A stretch of 64,000 nucleotides of DNA from a virus. Of the stretch, positions 55,877 through 63,462 are shown one piece after another (position 1 is the first letter of the stretch; each line of letters begins with the position of its first letter). The DNA lies in IMG/VR virus record IMGVR_UViG_2842357229_000002, positions 300-64,299 of that record, one strand, 5' to 3'. The notes under the pieces are model-generated. The model made no database searches and was not told the origin of the DNA. It was given only the letters and a program-made list of their open reading frames with translations. A program made the translations under genes and the position numbers.

Positions 55877-56679
55877 GCGGCTTCGCTTGCGGCTGTAGCC
55901 GTCGTCATCAGGTACTTGGAAAGCTCAGCAAACCCCTGGCCCGCCTTGTAGGGTATTTGAGCCGGCGCGCCTTTGAAGCGGTTCTTCGCCAAGAATCCGG
56001 CGCGCTCGTCGGTGTGAATGATGCGCTCAGAGCCTGACATGCCTTCCGGCTTGCTGGTCTTCTTGCCGCCGAAAGCAGCCTCAACCTGCTTTACGGACGT
56101 GCGGCGATTGATGAAAAGAAGCGCCTTGCAGTTTTCGATGACCAGATCCAATGCTCGCTTTTGTAGCTTGGGCCGGTAGCGATCGTAGGAGTCGACGAGC
56201 GGGTCGTTGAAGTTCTTCGTTTCGCTGTGGAGAATTTGGACGACGTACATACCAGCGCGGGTCAAGGCGCCGACGGCTTCGAAATATTCGCCCCATTCGA
56301 CATCGGCGCCAAGGTAGCCCTTTCCGAAGGATGTCGGAGAGCCCTTGTCGTTGCTGTCGATGACATCCCATCCGTTGCGGGCGCACGTTGCCGCCCACAC
56401 CATCGGCTCAACCTTATCTAGGCTGTCGATGATAACGGTTTGGAATTCGTGTTCCTGCTCAAGCAGGTCGGCGAATGTATCGAGTAGGCCGGCGAAAGAA
56501 GTGATCTGGTCAGACGGCAATTCGACGCCATCCGGCGGCTCTTCGCCCTCAACGAAGAGATAAACGGGATTAGGGAATTCTGCGGCCAGCGAAGTCTTGC
56601 CAACGCCTGGCGTGCCGTAGATGGCGATAGCAGGCGGGTTGACGCGCTTGCTAGATTTCAATCTGTCGAAAACAGACAT
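55873..56679 (-). CDS. AAA_24 (Sak4-like) ATPase
   Basis: IYGTPGVGKT, IIDSLD, FGKGY, AKNR. Confidence 0.85.
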   Translation of the reverse strand: MSVFDRLKSSKRVNPPAIAIYGTPGVGKTSLAAEFPNPVYLFVEGEEPPDGVELPSDQITSFAGLLDTFADLLEQEHEFQTVIIDSLDKVEPMVWAATCARNGWDVIDSNDKGSPTSFGKGYLGADVEWGEYFEAVGALTRAGMYVVQILHSETKNFNDPLVDSYDRYRPKLQKRALDLVIENCKALLFINRRTSVKQVEAAFGGKKTSKPEGMSGSERIIHTDERAGFLAKNRFKGAPAQIPYKAGQGFAELSKYLMTTATAASEAA

Positions 56680-56691
56680 TTCTTCTCCTTC

Positions 56692-56817
56692 CTAGAAATA
56701 AAACGCCGCTGCTATAACCAGCAGAGCGATGACGACCGGCCACCAACTGAACGGGTTGGGCGGCCACATGCGGGTAGCGGTTTGCCGCCGAGGTAGGGGC
56801 GCGCTAATGGTTGTCAT
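56692..56817 (-). CDS. Small membrane peptide (41 aa, not in ORF track)
   Basis: MTTISAP...WWPVVIALLVIAAAFYF. Confidence 0.45.
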   Translation of the reverse strand: MTTISAPLPRRQTATRMWPPNPFSWWPVVIALLVIAAAFYF

Positions 56818-57070
56818 TCTTGGCCTCGTGTTTGTCAGCCAGCTTGCCGCCAGCCCACACAGAGGCCGCCACGACGCCGAGAGCGAGCGCGGTTAGGCCG
56901 ATGGTCGGATATACGAACAACGCGATTGCGGCCGCCGCTATGGTGGCTGCTAGGGCGGCTCGCCGAAGTGCGCGGCGGGGTTTGTGGACTTTGGTGACGG
57001 GCACGTAGTCGCGCGGTGCGCCGGGGAATGGCGCAGGCGTGAACGGTGTGGACCAGGGGGATTTGGTCAT
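56804..57070 (-). CDS. Two-TM hypothetical protein
   Basis: Two hydrophobic segments after a basic stretch. Confidence 0.6.
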   Translation of the reverse strand: MTKSPWSTPFTPAPFPGAPRDYVPVTKVHKPRRALRRAALAATIAAAAIALFVYPTIGLTALALGVVAASVWAGGKLADKHEAKNDNH

Positions 57071-57606
57071 GCTGCCAACCCCTTCGGAGTGTCATCGTTT
57101 TCCGCCAGCACCTTGTAAAGATGACTGGATGCGGTCATGAAAACGATGATGCCTTCCGGCTTCATGAACCCCGGCGCCGCCTGCGATCCGGTCTCCTTGA
57201 GGTTGTCGAGCACCCAATCGACCGTGTCAGTCGCGAACTGGCCGACATAGAGGAGCGGCACGACATCGCAGCATGCGGGGCGTACGGCGGCATCCGACCA
57301 GCGACCCGTATTGAACAGCGAGAAGCGCTTTTCCTTCAAGCCGTAGTTGCGTTGGATGCCATTGCCCCACCACTCGCCGAAGTGCTGGCCTGGTCCGAGC
57401 TTGAGCAGTTCCTCCTTGTTGCGCTCGACCCAACCGGCGAAGCCGTAGTTGTCTGCCTCTGGTGTAATCCAGCGATTGCGGCTGCCGGCGCGGACAGATC
57501 CGTCTTCGCCGACGACAACCTGCGCATTCGTGCCGTCGAGCTTTTCTGTGATGATGCAGCCTCTCTTGAGGCGCGGTATTTTCGGGAACGGGATGAAGTC
57601 GGTCAT
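57067..57606 (-). CDS. Rnl2-like RNA ligase (adenylation domain only)
   Basis: ITEKLDGTN (motif I), FGEWWG, FSLFN, PEGIIV, YKV. Confidence 0.8.
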   Translation of the reverse strand: MTDFIPFPKIPRLKRGCIITEKLDGTNAQVVVGEDGSVRAGSRNRWITPEADNYGFAGWVERNKEELLKLGPGQHFGEWWGNGIQRNYGLKEKRFSLFNTGRWSDAAVRPACCDVVPLLYVGQFATDTVDWVLDNLKETGSQAAPGFMKPEGIIVFMTASSHLYKVLAENDDTPKGLAA

Positions 57607-57770
57607 GCTGCATACCGCGCATTCTGGCGGGCGCTGCTGAACGGGTACGCCTTCCCCTTCGGCTGAACCGGCGCATAGCGGCTGGCCGGGTAGCTGCTGG
57701 GCTGGCGGGCGTTGGCCTTGTCAACCTTGGCTTGGTGGCGCGCCGCAGCGCGTTCTGTCTGTCTGGACAT
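57603..57770 (-). CDS. Basic 55-aa protein (not in ORF track)
   Basis: GAGGAGA RBS; MSRQTERAAARHQAKVDK...ARYAA; ATGA overlap. Confidence 0.55.
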   Translation of the reverse strand: MSRQTERAAARHQAKVDKANARQPSSYPASRYAPVQPKGKAYPFSSARQNARYAA

Positions 57771-57835
57771 AAAGATCTCCTCTTAGCCGTGCGGTTGGTG
57801 GCCGCGCGGCGTTGCTGTGGTGGCAGTTGGTGGTG

Positions 57836-58903
57836 TTAGGCGGCCCGAAGAACCGCCGTCTTGGTGATCACTTCGTCAGCGATCCTGCTATCCGCAAGAA
57901 CGAAGACGCCGAACTCCTGGCCAGGATGCAGCAGCGCGAGGCGGCTGGCCTCGGTAGTTGCCGCTTCCTGGCTGGCGTGGACGACGGGCCGTGTGCTTGG
58001 AAGGGCGACGCCGTTTTCGATCAGGGCGACGATGGCTGGTATGGTGGTGACAAGCGCAGGAAACTGGACTTCTGAAGCTTGAAGCCACCATTCGTTGTCA
58101 TTGGCACCGTGGCCGTCGTCGAAACCTTCGAACCGAACGCGGTACGGCACTTCAGACTTGTCATCATCAATGATGACACCAAAGAGACCTTTGGTTGGGC
58201 CGTCTTCCGCCGACACGACCCGATCACCCACCTTGAACTTGGCCGGCGCCGCGTTGTCGTTGGCAATGGTGGCTGGCTCGTCGACCCATTCGGCGATGAG
58301 GTCGTCTTTGTGGCGGTGGCCGTAAGCCCAACCTGGGCAAGAGAAGCCATCGTTTCGGTAGTAGTGCGTGCCGCTGGCGAGCTTCCACGACCAGTATCCG
58401 CTCTGACCCTGCGCCACGACAATCGGCCCGACCTTCCGACCGTCGCGCGTCTTGTAGTAGCGGCCGGCGGTGATGGTGAGGGGTGCGGGTGCTGGGGCCA
58501 ACTTTAGGCTGGCGCTCGGCATGTAGAAGTTCGTTCTGCCGACCTTATTGCTCAAGCCGATCTGATCGCCGTAGATGCTCGACACGACAAGGGCGCCGTC
58601 GATGATTTCTCCAAACGCGCTACGGAAGCACCCACTCCAATGCCGGAAAATGTCGACGTTGGATTCTGTTGACTGGACTACTCGGTCGCCGACCTTAGGC
58701 TGCCATTCTGCCGGAGCGGCAGTCACGAGTTCCAGATACTGCGCAAAGTTGAACGACGAGTCGCCACTCTTATCGGAGCGCACAAAGCAATCGCCATCAC
58801 TGTCAACTTCAGTCACCGTGCCTGTGTCACCGATGCGCATGTCATCGCAATTGAAAGTGCCGATACGCCGCACTCTATCCCCAACCTTAAACTTCCCCAT
58901 CAC
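57836..58903 (-). CDS. Mosaic protein with three KVGDRV (KOW/SH3-like) modules
   Basis: FKVGDRV, PKVGDRV, FKVGDRV plus a GRYYKTRDGRKV module. Confidence 0.7.
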   Translation of the reverse strand: MMGKFKVGDRVRRIGTFNCDDMRIGDTGTVTEVDSDGDCFVRSDKSGDSSFNFAQYLELVTAAPAEWQPKVGDRVVQSTESNVDIFRHWSGCFRSAFGEIIDGALVVSSIYGDQIGLSNKVGRTNFYMPSASLKLAPAPAPLTITAGRYYKTRDGRKVGPIVVAQGQSGYWSWKLASGTHYYRNDGFSCPGWAYGHRHKDDLIAEWVDEPATIANDNAAPAKFKVGDRVVSAEDGPTKGLFGVIIDDDKSEVPYRVRFEGFDDGHGANDNEWWLQASEVQFPALVTTIPAIVALIENGVALPSTRPVVHASQEAATTEASRLALLHPGQEFGVFVLADSRIADEVITKTAVLRAA

Positions 58904-59193
58904 GCTGCTCCTTCCGTTGTGGTGTTCGGCTTCAGCGGCCGACGCTTGGTGAAGTCGACCGGGATGACGTTGTCGTCCACGGCCTGCTTGGCAGCGACCG
59001 GTGGCGTAGGCATGTCGTCGTCATCGACGAGGTCAAGCTCCCATTCGTGGAACTGCAGAACCTCCAACGTAGGCGCCACACGGATGATGACGATGGTTCC
59101 CATGAAGCCGATGACGATGCCGAAAACGTTGGCGTTCATCTTGTGCTGAACGATGTCGCCGGTGCCGATGCAGTCGCAATCAGGGCAACTCAT
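58900..59193 (-). CDS. Hypothetical protein
   Basis: 97 aa, coupled. Confidence 0.65.
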   Translation of the reverse strand: MSCPDCDCIGTGDIVQHKMNANVFGIVIGFMGTIVIIRVAPTLEVLQFHEWELDLVDDDDMPTPPVAAKQAVDDNVIPVDFTKRRPLKPNTTTEGAA

Positions 59194-59459
59194 GCCGCCA
59201 CCTGCTCTTCCTCGACGTCGGCCGACCGCGCCAGCGAAACCGGCATCAGGCCGGAGGTCGTCGAGCAGCCGCCGTTGTGGGGGATCATCTTGACGAACTT
59301 GTTGTCATTGGCTGCAAGTGGCGGGCCGTCGCGAAGCGGCTTGCGATTGCCGCCGAGGCGATAAAAAACGCCGGGGCCGGTCATATTGAATTTGTCGCCA
59401 ATTTGTCTGAGCGACATGCCTGCTCGATGCAGGGCGCGCATTTCTGCTGTCTGGTCCAT
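59190..59459 (-). CDS. Small HTH protein, Cro-like position
   Basis: RAGMSLRQIGDKFNMTGPGV.YRL; first gene of the leftward operon. Confidence 0.7.
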   Translation of the reverse strand: MDQTAEMRALHRAGMSLRQIGDKFNMTGPGVFYRLGGNRKPLRDGPPLAANDNKFVKMIPHNGGCSTTSGLMPVSLARSADVEEEQVAA

Positions 59460-59514
59460 TTGGTCTCCTCTTGTTGTGGTGGCTTCTTGAAAAGGCGTCC
59501 GGTTTGACGCCGTG

Positions 59515-59524
59515 ACAAATTTGT
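59515..59524. promoter_or_regulatory. ACAAATTTGT operator in the divergent control region
   Basis: Exact palindrome between the Cro-like and repressor-like genes. Confidence 0.7.
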
Positions 59525-59572
59525 ATTACGTCATTGTCTAGTGTTAACACCCCTCCTGTTGCAAGGTGAATT

Positions 59573-60205
59573 ATGACCGGCGGAAAATCCCGCTTTTCTC
59601 AGATGCTGATCGATCGCCAGAAGCAAGCCGGTATGACCGACAAACAGATTGCAGATCGCTACAACTGGATTCAGCAGACCTTTAACCGCTGGAAGATTGC
59701 CAGCCTGCCGCGCAAGAACATGTTCCCATCGATCGCCAACTTTCTTGGCATAACGCCTGAAGAAGTAGAGCGACTCGTTGAAGATGCAGCAACAACGGAA
59801 AACGCCGTTAAAAACGTAAGCATCTTCGGAATGGCAAATATCCACGGCGCGGTTAGCGACCGCAAGACCGGAAAATACAAGTTCCGTCGGCCTGGTCGTC
59901 ACGCAACTGCGATTCCAACTGGCCGCTATGCCATCATGATACAGACGGAAGTCATGATGCCTGCGCTTGTTGCTGGCTCGAAAGCTTGGGTTGATCCTTC
60001 CGTTACACCGCGCCTTGGCAACGATGTTATGGTGCACGCCGATGGCGGAAAGGCGTGGGTTGGACAGTTGCGCGGCGCCGGTAAGCGCGGCGGCACGACG
60101 GAGGTGACGATCACGCAACACGCTGCTGGCACGATGGTTATTCGCGATGTCCAGGCAATACATGTGATCGTCCTATCCGAAAGGGTGTCAAGCTGGTCGG
60201 ACTGA
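59573..60205 (+). CDS. Repressor-like HTH protein with degenerate S24 domain
   Basis: N-terminal HTH; C-terminal YAIMIQTEVMMP...VDPSVTPRLGNDVMV lacks the catalytic Ser and Lys. Confidence 0.75.
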   Translation: MTGGKSRFSQMLIDRQKQAGMTDKQIADRYNWIQQTFNRWKIASLPRKNMFPSIANFLGITPEEVERLVEDAATTENAVKNVSIFGMANIHGAVSDRKTGKYKFRRPGRHATAIPTGRYAIMIQTEVMMPALVAGSKAWVDPSVTPRLGNDVMVHADGGKAWVGQLRGAGKRGGTTEVTITQHAAGTMVIRDVQAIHVIVLSERVSSWSD

Positions 60206-60210
60206 CGGCG

Positions 60211-60240
60211 CTTGACAAATTTGTGGAATGTTTGGTATAC
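60211..60240 (+). promoter_or_regulatory. Promoter with ACAAATTTGT operator
   Basis: CTTGACA...GTATAC; palindrome at 60215-60224. Confidence 0.7.
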
Positions 60241-60241
60241 A

Positions 60242-60452
60242 TTCCGCGCTGATGTGGTGTCAGTATCGAAATCCGGGGTTAACGACGGGCCGCAAGTCAG
60301 TCTCCTCCCCCGAGAAAGTAGGAGCTCCAATCGCAAGCCGATAATCACGTGGTGGTGGCCTTCGGGTCGGCTTGCTGGTTGGGGTGTGCTTATCCATTCC
60401 TTGCGGAAACAGAAAATGCGCCAGCCGGCGGTTAGCCAGCGGCGCTATTTTA
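60242..60452 (+). ncRNA. Candidate small RNA
   Basis: Bounded by a promoter and a terminator (GCGCC...GGCGC TATTTT); several hairpins including cUUCGg; no ORF with an RBS on this strand. Confidence 0.55.
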
Positions 60453-60520
60453 TGTCGGCTTGTCGTCGGTGTGGTTTCTCATGGCGTCCTCCCTAATTGG
60501 TGTTCAGCAAACTGGTGCTT

Positions 60521-60631
60521 CTATAAATAGGAAAGGCCGCCTTCATGGCGGCCTGTTCTTCTTCTGGGAGGACCAGCGCCTTTCGGCGCTACTGCTCTTC
60601 TGGGAGGGTTTTCCTTCTTTGCTCGCCGCAT
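60521..60631 (-). CDS. 36-aa Arg-rich peptide (not in ORF track)
   Basis: AGGAGA RBS, TATAAT at 60674-60669; MRRAKKENPPRRAVAPKGAGPPRRRTGRHEGGLSYL. Confidence 0.5.
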   Translation of the reverse strand: MRRAKKENPPRRAVAPKGAGPPRRRTGRHEGGLSYL

Positions 60632-60853
60632 GCTTGTCTCCTTTAAATCTCGCCTTGATAAATCGTCGATTATAACTTGTGGCCGCGAAGCCTGAAAAAT
60701 GTTCTCGTAAAACTTTTATATTTTGGGCTAGGCGTTTCTGCTTAACCCTACTTACAATTTCACTAGTACCATTTACATATTTGAGTCGTCAATAAGATTG
60801 TTTGTAAATTGTTGCGATAAATGATAAGTAGTTGAAAAATTGAGGACAAAACT

Positions 60854-61576
60854 ATGAGCCGACTTTCCGATACGTTAACCGCGAAGGCCGTGGAGCTTGG
60901 CATCAGCCAGACCGAATTGGCCGAGCGTACCGGCGTACTACAGCAAAGCATCAGCGCGCTTTTCAACGGCGACGTCGCGTCCCCCCGCAAATGGCGAGAG
61001 ATAGCGCGCGAGCTGCAGATCCCCGAAAGCGAGATGCGCGAAATGATGATTGAGGCCAGCCGCGCCACCGGCAAGACGACGAGGCTGCCTCGCACATTCA
61101 AGGTGGAAGAGGCGTTTCACGAGGTGCCCCATAGGGTTCGCGTTGACATGACGGAAATCCCCGCGCCAATACGGCCAGGCAAGCTCATTCCCGTGCTCGG
61201 CGAGGCTGCGGGCGGCGCCGACGGGCGCTATTGGTTCAATGGCAATGTGATTGACTACGTTGCTTGCCCCCCGTCGCTCGACGGCGTGCCGGGGGCGTAC
61301 GCTATCTATGTCGATGGCGAATCCATGTCTCCCCGCTATCGCCCCGGCGAGGTCGTTTGGGTGCATCCACATAAGCCGGCTCGTCGAGGCGATGACGTGA
61401 TTATTCAGATACGACCGAAGGAAGAGGGCGAAACCCCCTACGGCTTCATAAAGGAATATGTTGGCTGGTCTGGCAACCGCCTGACGCTTCGCCAGCACAA
61501 TCCCGAATCACAACTCACCTTCGATCGAGACGAAGTTGTAAGCGTCCATCCGATCGTCTTGGCGGGAAAATACTGA
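60854..61576 (+). CDS. CI-like repressor (HTH plus S24 peptidase)
   Basis: GISQTELAERTGVLQQSISAL; VLGEAAGG cleavage-site region; VDGESMSP and GFIKEY catalytic dyad. Confidence 0.9.
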   Translation: MSRLSDTLTAKAVELGISQTELAERTGVLQQSISALFNGDVASPRKWREIARELQIPESEMREMMIEASRATGKTTRLPRTFKVEEAFHEVPHRVRVDMTEIPAPIRPGKLIPVLGEAAGGADGRYWFNGNVIDYVACPPSLDGVPGAYAIYVDGESMSPRYRPGEVVWVHPHKPARRGDDVIIQIRPKEEGETPYGFIKEYVGWSGNRLTLRQHNPESQLTFDRDEVVSVHPIVLAGKY

Positions 61577-61592
61577 ATGTTACCATTTTCTG

Positions 61593-61621
61593 TTTGACAT
61601 TGTAAAATTGTAGCTCTATGT
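61593..61621 (+). promoter_or_regulatory. Rightward early promoter
   Basis: TTTGAC-N17-CTATGT with TTGTAAAATTGT in the spacer. Confidence 0.65.
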
Positions 61622-61684
61622 TTCTCCTCAGACGCAAACACCAAAGCGTCGCCGCCAAGCGCGGTCACCACCGAGGAGACGACA

Positions 61685-61876
61685 ATGGTCAGAGAATTAG
61701 TAGAAGACGACTACGCGCCCACAGGCTGCGCCGCCGGCAGCGACGAGCCTATGCGCCGCGCTGATTACAAAGCCAAGAAACATCCCCGCCCGCGCAATGT
61801 AGATTGCCGCGGTCGTTTTGCGTTGCGCCACCAGAAGCCGGGGCGTGTGCTGGCGTCGTTGGAAGGGGGTGAGTGA
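61685..61876 (+). CDS. Hypothetical protein
   Basis: CACCACCGAGGAGAC leader. Confidence 0.65.
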   Translation: MVRELVEDDYAPTGCAAGSDEPMRRADYKAKKHPRPRNVDCRGRFALRHQKPGRVLASLEGGE

Positions 61877-62259
61877 TGGGCACACCAAACCCGCTTTGGG
61901 AGCCTGCCCTCCCCTACGATCTCGTCGAGGGCAACGAGAGCCACGGCCCATACGTCACTACAGCATTCGGCACGACCGTGTGCGACTTTTACGCGATGTC
62001 CAACCCAAGTTCGCCGTCTGTACGCAACGGCGGCGCGTCGAAGCCCATCTGGTTCACTGACGCTGCTGAGAATGCCGCATTCATGGTGATGGCAGCTAAC
62101 GCCTATCACGACATCCTGGCTGACTACAGCAACGCCGTGAAGGCGCAAGACGACCTTCTCGCCGGCCTTCGCACAATCATTCAGAAACTGGAATTCGAGC
62201 AGCCAAACGAAGCGCTAAAGCGCGCCCGTTCCCTCCTTGCGAAGCATGGTGGCGCGTGA
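61876..62259 (+). CDS. Hypothetical protein
   Basis: TGATG coupling. Confidence 0.65.
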   Translation: MGTPNPLWEPALPYDLVEGNESHGPYVTTAFGTTVCDFYAMSNPSSPSVRNGGASKPIWFTDAAENAAFMVMAANAYHDILADYSNAVKAQDDLLAGLRTIIQKLEFEQPNEALKRARSLLAKHGGA

Positions 62260-62357
62260 TGACCTACCGCGACCTAATCCAAGACATCTGCGCCGCCCTG
62301 TCGGCTGGCGCGTTCGTCTGCGCAATCACCGTTTGGGCGTCTTACGTTATCCACTAA
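62259..62357 (+). CDS. 32-aa hydrophobic peptide (not in ORF track)
   Basis: TGATG coupling; MTYRDLIQDICAALSAGAFVCAITVWASYVIH. Confidence 0.5.
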   Translation: MTYRDLIQDICAALSAGAFVCAITVWASYVIH

Positions 62358-62448
62358 GCAGCCCATTAAGAGCGCGGCCCGTTGATGGCTGGCTGCAACT
62401 ACCGTTGCGGGCCGCGTTTTTACCAACCACCACAAGAAGGAGACCAAA

Positions 62449-62673
62449 ATGGAAAAGAGAAGACACCAGCCGCCGACGCGGCCCGCCAACACCAACGCGC
62501 CGCTGCTCACGCTCGAGCGCGCAATCGCCGACGGCCTCACGCCAACCTCGTTGAGGCAGGTTGCCGCCGCGAATACGAACTGCGGCTATCGTCGCGAGCG
62601 GCAGGCTGACAATCTGTTTATGATTGCCGATCGGCTGGAATTGTTGGGATATCGTTATGGGAGGGCGGCGTGA
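62449..62673 (+). CDS. Hypothetical protein
   Basis: CCACCACAAGAAGGAGAC leader. Confidence 0.6.
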   Translation: MEKRRHQPPTRPANTNAPLLTLERAIADGLTPTSLRQVAAANTNCGYRRERQADNLFMIADRLELLGYRYGRAA

Positions 62674-63287
62674 TGACGATACCGAAGGAAGCCTTAGAGG
62701 CTGCCGCGTCGACGGTATGGAGCGGCGGAACGCGCGACCTACCTGAGCGCGTATCGCACATCACCAAGATCATCACCGCCTACCTTGCCGCCGCCCCACA
62801 ACCAGACGGGACAGTGGCGCAGGAGCCGGTGGCTTGGCGGTGGCGATATGAGGATGAAGACCAGTGGACGCTCCGGACTGGCAAGCCCCCAGTATTCCTC
62901 GACACTATCGCTGAACCTTTATACGCCTCCCCACCACCCGCAGTAGCGGAAGAGGTGGGGGTGAAGGACTCCCCCTTGACGCTAACGCTGCAGATGGTCG
63001 AAGCCGCCGCCAGGGCGATGGACCCGGAAGTGTTCAGCGATGACCCAGAGGAAGCGCACCGAGCAGCATCACCGCTTATCGTTGAGCGCGTGAGAGATCG
63101 AGTTCGTGAAGCCGCACGAACCGCGCTAACTGCCGCCCTCTCCTCCCCACCAAGCGAGCCCGCGCCGCAGGTGGTGGATAATGAAATCGCGCGATTACGC
63201 CGAAATCTAGAAAGGCGAGATGAATACATCGTCGGTCAAGGTCTCTGGGATGATTTTGTAAGCCGTTTGGAGGCCAGCCGTGATTAA
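62670..63287 (+). CDS. Hypothetical (Eaa-like) phage protein
   Basis: EPVAWRW...PLYA motif; repeated ..AAA..ALTAAL helices. Confidence 0.65.
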   Translation: MMTIPKEALEAAASTVWSGGTRDLPERVSHITKIITAYLAAAPQPDGTVAQEPVAWRWRYEDEDQWTLRTGKPPVFLDTIAEPLYASPPPAVAEEVGVKDSPLTLTLQMVEAAARAMDPEVFSDDPEEAHRAASPLIVERVRDRVREAARTALTAALSSPPSEPAPQVVDNEIARLRRNLERRDEYIVGQGLWDDFVSRLEASRD

Positions 63288-63462
63288 GATCAAACACGAT
63301 GATCTGTGCCCGTGCACGCGCTTCTACACCCAACCTTATTTCTGCACTTGCGGTGCGGCGTCATGCGAAACAGATTTGAATGCCGGCATGAAGCGTTTCG
63401 GCGATCGTCTTCGCGACATCAACCGCCGCGCCGCCATCGCCAGCCAGGAGAAGAAGGGATGA
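63280..63462 (+). CDS. Hypothetical protein
   Basis: 60 aa, coupled. Confidence 0.5.
   Translation: MIKIKHDDLCPCTRFYTQPYFCTCGAASCETDLNAGMKRFGDRLRDINRRAAIASQEKKG

Noticed and set aside
5048-62673. C-terminal Ala-Ala alone as proof of ClpXP targeting
   Set aside because: Many such ends coincide with GAGGCNGC-ATGA/GTGA overlaps with the next gene, so only tails that also carry ANDN were counted as tag-like
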